DNA from: Macrostomum lignano
Taxonomy: Eukaryota
DNA length: 64,000 nucleotides
Reading direction: 5' to 3'
NCBI GenBank assembly: GCA_002269645.1
Contig: NIVC01000741.1
Coordinates: 62,001 to 126,000, forward strand
Below, in pieces: positions 25,424 to 35,500 of the stretch (position 1 is its first letter; each line of letters begins with the position of its first letter). Made by a program: the position numbers and the translations under genes. The notes below the pieces were generated by a model. The model was not told the DNA's origin and did no database searches. It saw only the letters and a program-made list of their open reading frames with translations.

Positions 25424-28400
25424 CTAATAAAATTGGCGGTTAGGAACGAATTTACCATCAAAATGTCCCAGTGAACAGCCCAGTCACATCCATTTAACAA
25501 CAAAAAATGGCGCCTCGACGTAAGCAAAAGAAACGAAACTTAAAAGTACAAATACTTATGGAAAGCAACATGTTGAATGCTAATTCATGGAAATTAGTAA
25601 AACTTAAAAGGGCATAATCGGTGACACGAAAAGCAAAAAAATGATAGAATCATAAACTTTAGATCTCTAATCAGAGAACAATCACGTAACAGAGACGTGC
25701 ATCATACGGAACATGTTGGATTGTGCAATATAAATACCTGTGCCAGTCGAGACGGAGGAGGCCTACAAAGAGAGTTGATTGATAAGGTTGCACCTTACCC
25801 ACAAGTTGCTGAGACATGGCACATACATTACTACGACAGATCTAGTGGGAGACGCAAATTGTGGCGGAGTGAGTGTACGGCGCATACACAATACGTAAAC
25901 CAATACAAGGGTTGACTGAAGGTATTTCTAAACTGAAAAAATGCAATTTCATCACTCACAATTTGCTCATCTGGTAGGCTGTGACAGGTGGTATTCTGTG
26001 CTGTTGGTGCAGGTGAAATGCCCGAGCGAGACCCACTTGCAGCAGGCGCAGCTAGTGTACAGGTCGTGGGTGCAATAGCAGGCCGAACCTGGACAATGAC
26101 GGGCTGGCTGCCCCAGCGAGACCCACTTGCAGCAGGCGCAGCTAGTGTACAGGTCGTGGGTGCAATAGCAGGCCGAACCTGGACAATGACGGGCTGGCTG
26201 CCCCAGCGAGACCCACTTGCAGCAGGCGCAGCTAGAGTACAGGTCGTGGGTGCAATAGCAGGCCGAACCTGGACAATGACGGGCTGGCTGCCCGAGCGAG
26301 ACCCACTTGCAGCAGGCGCAGCTAGAGTACAGGTCGTGGGTGCAATAGCAGGCCGAACCTGGACAATGACGGGCTGGCTGCCCAAGCGAGACCCACTTGC
26401 AGCAGGCGCAGCTAGAGTACAGGTCGTGGGTGCAACGGCTGGCGGAATTGATAATGCCGATTGAATGAAGCTGGTTCTTCGTCTTTTTGAGGCTCCTGAC
26501 CTTTTCCAGGGATCTCCAGGTGGGTTTAACGGAGCATCAAAGCCACATTTGCGTCCTCTAGCACGCTTTGGGGGGCGAATTGGATGTTGCTCGTGCTGCA
26601 ACCGCTTCAGTTGCAGTTTTACGGTTGTTAGTTGCGCACGGACAAATCTTGGTAACCTGAGCCGAGAACTTGGAGAAGGCAGTGCTTCGCTTTTGCACCA
26701 GCTGAACCATGATTCAACAGCGGCGTTGGTCACGTGTGCGCTACGATTTCCTCCAAACACTGCCACACTCCAAAGAGGAAACAGTGGCATCCACTTTCGC
26801 AATACAACCTGAACAGCCTGAGGGTAGAAAAGATTGTTCAGCACGCCATTGCCATCGCTTGCTGTCACTTCGCTTGTCAAATCGTTGAAGTACTTCGCAA
26901 AAGGTGATGAGGCTCGTAGTCCAGTCTCCAATTCAGCCAATGCGACGTCTTCTTGCACTGCATTTGAGACATTAGCAGAATCTTCAGCCACTTGGTTTTC
27001 ATCAGGAATCTCCAACGAACTGAAGTCGAACCTACCATGTAGAATTTGTAAAGCCTTCAAAGTGGCAGGATTTACCCGCCTGGAGGTAAACACCTCGACC
27101 ATTGCCTTCCAAACAGCTTGGGCGCAACGCAAAGTTTTCGACGTCACTAATAGTGCAAAAGAGAGCATGAACTCGCGATAAGTAACCTTATCGATTTTAT
27201 CTGGTGACTTCAAAGTCCTGGCAACAGCGCGCAGCAAATGCGAGCTACAGATAAACACAACAGGAGATTCAGGTGGCTTCAGATCAGCACTCCGAAGTCG
27301 ATTGTACTGTACACGCAGGTAGTCTGTAACACAGGTCGTGCATGCGGCTCGGAGAATACCATGAATGAAAACCCAGCTAAAGTCAGACACGTAGATTTGC
27401 GGACCTTTCTTGGGTAGTTCCCACAGTCCTATGTTGCAGTGACGAGCGAAATCTGCTAAAAAATGCATTAGCCAACTGGACACATTTTCCGAGCGCGTGA
27501 CCTCCATGATGCTTTCTGATACAGCTGTTCTCTTTATATCCGGGGTTGCAACAACAGCACTGCACAGAAGTACAGTGCTCGGCACGTTCTGGGTCTGTCG
27601 CACAATTCCGCCGGTGGCGTCTAAGTGGAGAGGAGCAAGCTGATTGCCTTTCAGCACGTCGCGAAGCAAATCCAACTGCATGGAGGTATGGAGAATCACA
27701 CTAACTGGTGCAACGTCAATCTTTTGGATATAGCCGCTAATGACTCCATCCTCGTTTATAGTCAACTTCCAGTCTTTCATTTGGAGTCTTAAATCTCTTA
27801 TGTCGTCTGGAGACTTGTCGTCGGCAGCTTTTGTCCGACTAACAGTTGTACGGACAGCAGATAGAGAGCATGCTTCGCTACCAAACAGCTCGATTGCTTT
27901 CACATAGATCTGCGTTGGCTTGGCAGCAGGGTTGGTGGCCTGAGATAAAACAAAGTTACGGCACTCTTGTGAACCTCGTTGCAACAGATAGCGATAAGAG
28001 GAACAACTTGATGGAACATCATGCCCCGAGTGCTCTGAGATTCTTCGTAGCGTCAGTGTAGAGGACTGCCCATCAGTCGGCGCCTTGTTTAAGGTGACGA
28101 CGAATGCCATACTGCAACCAGAGCCTTCGGCACAGACTAGGCGCATCCAAAGAAAACTGCAGTCCTTCCTATGGCGCTTAAATGCACGCAGTCTAACCTT
28201 ATTCACTGAGAACTGACAATACTCACCATGCTGTCTTAACAGTGGATAAATGACTTGATCCAACCAAGAAGGCTTAAGTTTACAAGTTCTTGTATCAAAG
28301 TGATTCACGAAGAGATTAGTTGATATGCATGATTCCACAAAAAAACCTCCAGCAGAAAAAACTTGTGCACCAGCAGCACCTGAATGGTCACCGCTAATGG

Positions 28401-28437
28401 CTTCAGAAGTGTCGTTCACACTTTTCTTCGCTGCCAT
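24344..28437 (-). CDS. NOF-like MULE transposase with spliced C-terminal USP (peptidase C19) domain, ~1120 aa; exons 28437-25960, 25762-25738, 25423-25092, 24870-24344 (one base short, probably in the C-run 24680-24684)
   Basis: LHLDATGG (D1), YVSDFSW (D2), ICSSHL (CxxH), TNAAVESWF (E); then GLPNPTGTYCAFNA, CSAC..CPTC, HIGSRVNSGHYIAYV, VSD. GT-AG introns with matching phases 0,1,0. Confidence 0.8.
26010..26450 (-). repeat. 90-bp coding tandem repeat (APAASGSRxGSQPVIVQVRPAIAPTTCTLA, ~4.7 copies) in the transposase-USP linker
   Basis: In-frame repeat visible in ORF 25831..28437. Confidence 0.9.
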
Positions 28438-28513
28438 GCAAAGAAGCCTGAAACATGAAACAATGGTATGAATTTGCCATGTTTTCGTTTAGTGTGGCAT
28501 AATATAAGTTGTC

Positions 28514-30744
28514 ATGTTGGTATGTAGTTAGTATGTTGGTATGGAGTTGGTATGCAGTTGGCATGTTGGTATGGAGTTGGTATGCAGTTGGCATGTTGGT
28601 ATGGAGTTGGTATGCAGTTGGCATGTTGGTATGGAGTTGGTATGCAGTTGGCATACAGTTGGTATGGTGTAGGTATACAGTTGGCATGTTGGAATATAGT
28701 TGGTATGGAGTTGGTATGCAGTTGGTATGCAGTTGGTATGGAGTTGGTATGGTGTTGGTATGCAGTTGGCATGTTGGTATGTAGTTGGTATGGAGTTGGT
28801 ATGCAGTTGGTATGCAGTTGGTATGGAGTTGGTATGGTGTTGGTATGCAGTTGGCATGTTGGTATGTAGTTGGTATGCAGTTGGCATGTTGGTATGGAGT
28901 TGGTATGCAGTTGGCATACAGTTGGTATGGTGTAGGTATACAGTTGGCATGTTGGAGTATAGTTGGTATGGAGTTGGTATGCAGTTGGTATGGAGTTGGT
29001 ATGGTGTTGGTATGCAGTTGGCATGTTGGTATGTAGTTGGTATGGAGTTGGTATGCAGTTGGTATGGAGTTGGTATGGTGTTGGTATGCAGTTGGCATGT
29101 TGGTATGTAGTTGGTATGCAGTTGGCATGTTGGTATGGAGTTGGTATGCAGTTGGTATGGTGTTGGTATGCAGTTGGCATGTTGGTATGTAGTTGGTATG
29201 GAGTTGGTATGGTGTTGGTATGCAGTTGGCATGTTGGTATGTAGTTGGTATGCAGTTGGTATGTAGTTGGTATGCAGTTGGCATGTTGGTATGGAGTTGG
29301 TATGCAGTTGGCATGTTGGTATGGAGTTGGTATGCAGTTGGCATGTTGGTATGGAGTTGGTATGCAGTTGGCATACAGTTGGTATGGTGTAGGTATACAG
29401 TTGGCATGTTGGAGTATAGTTGGTATGGAGTTGGTATGCAGTTGGTATGGAGTTGGTATGGTGTTGGTATGCAGTTGGCATGTTGGTATGTAGTTGGTAT
29501 GGAGTTGGTATGCAGTTGGTATGCAGTTGGTATGGAGTTGGTATGCAGTTGGTATGGAGTTGGTATGCAGTTGGCATGTTGGTATGGAGTTGGTATGCAG
29601 TTGGTATGGAGTTGGTATGGTGTTGGTATGCAGTTGGCATGTTGGTATGTAGTTGGTATGCAGTTGGTATGGAGTTGGTATGCAGTTGGCATGTTGGTAT
29701 GGAGTTGGTATGCAGTTGGTATGGAGTTGGTATGCAGTTGGCATGTTGGTATGGAGTTGGTATGCAGTTGGCATACAGTTGGTATGGTGTAGGTATACAG
29801 TTGGCATGTTGGAGTATAGTTGGTATGGAGTTGGTATGCAGTTGGTATGGAGTTGGTATGGTGTTGGTATGCAGTTGGCATGTTGGTATGTAGTTGGTAT
29901 AGAGTTGGTATGCAGTTGGTATGCAGTTGGTATGGAGTTGGTATGGTGTTGGTATGCAGTTGGCATGTTGGTATGTAGTTGGTATGCAGTTGGCATGTTG
30001 GTATGGAGTTGGTATGCAGTTGGCATGTTGGTATGGAGTTGGTATGCAGTTGGCATACAGTTGGTATGGTGTAGGTATACAGTTGGCATGTTGGAGTATA
30101 GTTGGTATGGAGTTGGTATGCAGTTGGTATGGAGTTGGTATGGTGTTGGTATGCAGTTGGCATGTTGGTATGTAGTTGGTATAGAGTTGGTATGCAGTTG
30201 GTATGCAGTTGGTATGGAGTTGGTATGGTGTTGGTATGCAGTTGGCATGTTGGTATGTAGTTGGTATGCAGTTGGCATGTTGGTATGGAGTTGGTATGCA
30301 GTTGGCATGTTGGTATGGAGTTGGTATGCAGTTGGCATACAGTTGGTATGGTGTAGGTATACAGTTGGCATGTTGGAGTATAGTTGGTATGGAGTTGGTA
30401 TGCAGTTGGTATGGAGTTGGTATGGTGTTGGTATGCAGTTGGCATGTTGGTATGTAGTTGGTATGGAGTTGGTATGCAGTTGGTATGCAGTTGGTATGGA
30501 GTTGGTATGGTGTTGGTATGCAGTTGGCATGTTGGTATGTAGTTGGTATGCAGTTGGCATGTTGGTATGGAGTTGGTATGCAGTTGGCATATTGGTATGG
30601 AGTTGGTATGCAGTTGGCATATTGGTATGGGGTTGGTATGCAGTTGGTATGGAGTTGATATGGTGTTTGTATACAGTTGGTATACAGTTGGCATGTCAGT
30701 ATGGATTTGGTATAGAGTTGGTATGCTATTGGTGTGCAGTTGGC
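28514..30744. repeat. Satellite (GTTGGTATG modules) of the right TIR, ~2.2 kb, with a 282-bp higher-order repeat
   Basis: Reverse complement of the left satellite; identical track ORFs 29921..30175 and 30203..30457 are offset by 282 bp. Confidence 0.95.
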
Positions 30745-32112
30745 CACAATCTCACCTCTGGACACACATGTTAGAAGCTGTATTTAAATCTCAGTGTGCA
30801 ACCTTTTTTATATATAAGGTTGATATATATATATAAAACCTACATAAACATATTTCTCTGACACTAGTTACTAGATTTCTTAAAAACTAAAAACCTTCTA
30901 TAGGTATCAGTTTCTAGAACAAAATTTTGATTAATGAATAAATGAAATGGCAAGTTTTTAAAGCAATTGTAACAAATAATTTAGGGATTTACTTTGGAAA
31001 GTCAGATTGGAGTTAAGACTAATTTTATTTGAGCTTCAACTTACAACAATTTTTAAGCTTACTGGCAAATTTACAATTAGAATTTTAAGAGAAAATAAAC
31101 CTTGCCCAAAAGTATAAATCTATACATATTTTTTGTCAAACAAAAGCAAAAATATTTCAAATTATAAGCCTCTTTTCTTGGAGCATGCCAAAAATTCACT
31201 TTTTTCAAATTTTGCCTTAAGTGATTCTTTTGTTTTATATTTAATGCCCACAATGGCTTTATTATATTCTATCCATATCTTTATCCTTCATTTCTATATA
31301 ACACTTGATAGGTTTATGTTTCCTGGTTTCTACATTGAAATATTTGTAGTGAACATTATTTTTTTCAAGTAAAGTAAATACTTTTCGATTTATCTAAGCA
31401 AATATATTGGGAATATAATATAGTCTTAAATAAAAGAGTATACAATTCTACACTATGTAGATTTTTTTATTTTTTAAGGCTGGCATGCTAAATCTAACTT
31501 CACGTGGGCACTTTGAAATAGTAAAATGGAGAAAACAGTTATACCATAGGGTAATCTTCAACCTTGATCATTTTTATATGTTTAGATGTATACATGCATC
31601 CAAATTTTGACGAAAAACCCTGATCCATACAACACAAATACTTCAGCATTGGAAAAGCAACAGTTTCTCTTTTAAAAAACCTTGCAACCCTAAGTGACAG
31701 TGTCACAAATGTCCGAGACAAAACAATATGTTGCACGATTTAAAACGGATAGTTTTATTTTCCAATGATTCACTAAAAGCTTGAACTTTTAACTTCAACT
31801 AAAATGTACAAATACTATTGTACAAATACCTTGTACGCTTTTAATACCTAATTGAACTATTTAGCACGCTGCAGCTAATCGTTGTACACGATGCATGCAC
31901 GCACACTACGCGATAAAAGCCATAATTTGAAAGTCTGGAACGAGTGCACAAAAACAAAATTGCAAAATTAAAACTATGCATGGACTGCTTTATTTCATTA
32001 AATATGAATTAGGAAGTGTCCTAGACAAATTTAATGCTTGTTCCTAACCGTACGACAGAAAATAAAGTGTCTGTAGAAGTGTCTGAATAAGTGTCGGCGA
32101 ATGTTTCATACG
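28514..32112 (-). repeat. Right TIR: satellite plus ~1.37 kb unique arm
   Basis: Inverted copy of 19853-22235. Confidence 0.93.
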
Positions 32113-32597
32113 TATTAATAAAAAGGTTGTGCTACTGTTTTCGTCGGTACAAATTGTGAAAAACGGTAGATTTTGGGGCTGGAGGGAAATTATGAGTCTT
32201 TTAACCTTTTGACTACAGCTCTGTCTGTCAAAATCACTAGCTAGCCAGGCCTATTTTTCGTTAACTAAAAATTGCATTCTCTTTCTAAGAAAGGTTTGAA
32301 ATGCAAAGTTTCACGATCACGTTCGAACTGTGTTGATGTTGTGACGTTGTGTGGTGTCGTGGTGTTACGTGGTGACGTGGTGTGTGGTTGCAGTCTACTT
32401 TGTTCCCACGCCCAGTAAGTACTTCTTACTATCACTACTTTCTGTCTGTCTGTAGTGCTGATTTAAAAATTGAATTTAAGAATGAAGTAATAAAGCTTAA
32501 AAAGTCTGTCTCGTGGACTGTGACTCAGTGACTGATTTTCTCGAAATTCGAAATTCAAAGTTGTTAGTAAGCAAGCTTGTGTTTTTAGGCTGATTGA

Positions 32598-35500
32598 ATG
32601 GATAAAAGATTTGCTTTAGGCTGGGACTTTTCGACTCAGCAGGTCAGGATATTTTGCATGATTGATATTTTTGCTGATCCTTTCAAGTAGGTCTATTGTT
32701 AATGTTTTTGTTAGCTAGGCTAGGCCTACTTAGGCAACAAATACAATATTCAAACCCAATGGCTATCTAATTGTGATGAAATATGCTTAAGCCTAAGAAT
32801 ATGTCAGGCTTAGACTAGAGCCTAAGGCTCTGTTCAAAGCATGGATTAATATATTAATAATAGGCCTAATAGTTGGCCTATTTGCTAATTGCTAAAAATA
32901 TTTTGCTAGGCCTATGTAATAAATTTATTTCAAATTTTGGGTCCTAAAATTAAAAATATAAATTATATAAATAATTAATAACTATAAATAGGCCTACATA
33001 AATATGATAATGAAACTTTCAATAATGAAACTTGATATTTTAATATTTTGCAACATAGCCATAGGCCTTGGCCCTAGACCCAAGGCCTTAATAAAAAAAA
33101 TAAGCCTTTACTAGGCCTACATACATAGGTTGTTTAGTCTCTTGCCCCTCTCCCCCCTTTTTTAAAGTCTATAATCAAACTTGCATATTTTCTATATAAA
33201 TACTTTCTATCATAAATAAGCCCTAACTTACTAACTATTTATACCAAAGCCAAGACATTTTAAATAAAAGGCAATCGTTTTTACTAAAAACTGTTTTGAA
33301 GGTTTATGCAATAAAAGACTTTCTTTTTTGGCTACTAGCCAACAATTGAACAAAAAAACCAAGCTAAATACTTTCCCTAGAAAGACTAATAATTATATAA
33401 TTTAACTAAAAAATCAATTTTTCTAAATAAATTGGGTTGGTACTGCTAAACGTATAAAAAATTAGGGCTAGGGCTAAATTTTATATATATAAAAATTTAT
33501 TGTAGTAGGCCTTATGATAAAAAATACATGTAGGTAAATCATTATAAATATATATAAAGGAAGTCCTTTCCTAAACAAGTAGTATTTCCTTAGACTTTTT
33601 AGCTATCCAAGACCTAGGCCTATTTTTTTATATTTTGCTTAGTTATTAAATAAAGCAAAGTATGATTTGGTCTTTATAGAATCAAAGGAAAACAATAAGC
33701 AGAAATTCTATATTGTCTATAAGCCTAAAGATAATAGGCAATAAGTAAGTTATAGTAATTTAAAGATTTACTAAAAGAGAATCTTATTTACTAAAGAAAT
33801 AAGAGATAATTAAGGATTTTCTATTAGATAGATTGACTTGCTATCATAGTCAATGAGTCTAATATTGAGCTGGTATATCTTGCTCTGGTCTTAGATATTA
33901 ACAACTAAGCTATAATATAAGTTAGCTAGCTACTATTGGCATATTGTCAATGCCAATTCATATTATTCAGTTGAACTTAGAATATCATTGGTTTTTGCTT
34001 AATAGGTTCTAAAAACTTTTAATAGACCAACAATAATAAGAGTGAGTCTGAGTATGTCTAAGCTCCTTTAGGCATATTGTATTGTAATTGCTCATATACT
34101 GACGATCATTTAAGATATTTTAAATAATAAATATAGGTTAACAAGACCAGTAGCAATCTAGGTGGTGCCAGAAGGTTGCATGCATGTTTGAAATTTCGTC
34201 CTTAAAGTTGACACATTTTGGAATGCTAATTTATGCCAATGTTTTGGTGTATAAAACAATATAGGAACAAAATATAAGTGGGACAAATTAAAAACATATT
34301 TAGTAGGCTACAGTTGTCACTTGACTAGATACTTATTAGATTTTAGTTTAAAATGTTAATGCCATCGTGTCAAAAATAATATGGCATAATTTTAAGTATT
34401 TGAATCTTCCCAATCAAAAATGTCTTCAAAGCATTTTTCAAAAACTACCAGGTGAAAGCCATTGGAGTTGGCCTGACTACTGGGGAAATCTTATTTGAAG
34501 AATTCCTAAAATTCGATGAAGCTCTTCCGCATTACAAGTGAGTAGGATTTGCACCTGCTTGCTGTGGGGTTGCTAGACTGTTCTTCTAAAAGCAGTCAGA
34601 ATCGTCTCAAAAAACTGCTCGCAGAACCAAAGGCGGCGTGCGCGTCCACCCAGATGGTGCCACCATCACCTCCCCGACGCTGATGTGGGTGGAGGCGCTG
34701 GACCGCCTGCTCGCCCAGCTGAAGGCCCGCGGCGTTGAATTCGGCCAGGCCGCCGTCATCTGCGGCTCCGGGCAGCAGCACGGCAGCGTCTACTGGCGCA
34801 CCGGAGCGCGCGACACGCTTCGCCAGCTGAAGCCGGAGCTGCCCATGGCCGAGCAGCTGGCCGCCTGCTTCAGCACCGCCGACTCGCCAGTGTGGATGGA
34901 CTCCAGCACCGGCGAGCAGTGCGCCCAGCTCGAGGCCTTCGCTGGCGGCCCGGAGGTTCGTTTTGATTGAACTCTTGGTTGCTGCGAACCTGCGGTATTG
35001 AATCCTTAGCTGCTGGGCCGCCAGCATCCCAGACCCTCAGTCTGGGCTGCCAGCTTTCCAAACCTTCAGCCAGCCTCCCAAACCTTCAGCCAGCCTCCCA
35101 AACCTTCAGCCAGCCTCCCAGACCCTCAGCCAGCCTCCCAGACCCTCAGACAGCCTCCCAGACCCTCAACCAGCCTCCCAGACCCCCAACCAGCCTCCCA
35201 GACCCTCAGACAGCCTCCCAAACCTCAGACAGCCTCCCAGACCCCCAACCAGCCTCCCAGACCCTCAGCCAGCCTCTCAAACCCTCAGAGACAGCCTCCC
35301 AGACCCTCAGCCTGGGCCGCCAGCAGATTCCTCCCTACTCGCCACCGACCGCCCCGCCTTACCCCGCAGGCCCTGGCCGCCCTGACCGGCGCCCGCGCCT
35401 TCCACCGCTACACGGCTGCCCAGTTGATAAAGCAGCGCCTCGCCGGCACTCTGGCCGACACCGAGCGAGTCTCCCTGGTCAGCAGTTTTGCTGCCTCGCT

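Larger units (their letters stand above)
19853..32112. mobile_element. Foldback/NOF-like Mutator (MULE) transposon, 12,260 bp, with multi-kb modular TIRs and two internal genes
   Basis: 10-bp TSD TATTAATAAA (19843-19852, 32113-32122); termini CGTATGAAAC...GTTTCATACG; near-identical inverted arms; MULE DDE transposase inside. Confidence 0.92.

Noticed and set aside
25800-25930. Extra transposase exon ending TTGTGG|GTAAG
   Set aside because: It would need a 32-nt upstream intron; direct splicing from 25960 to 25762 preserves the frame without it.
28403-30836. 700-760 aa ORFs in the right satellite, one apparently extending upstream of the transposase
   Set aside because: Same artefact; the array lies between a donor and an acceptor and is better explained as an intron.
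19853-32112. Classification as Zisupton/KDZ or hAT (8-bp TSD reading ATTAATAA)
   Set aside because: The symmetric parse gives a 10-bp TSD, and the protein has MULE-type DATG/DFS/CxxH/E motifs without SWIM/SAP or hAT motifs.
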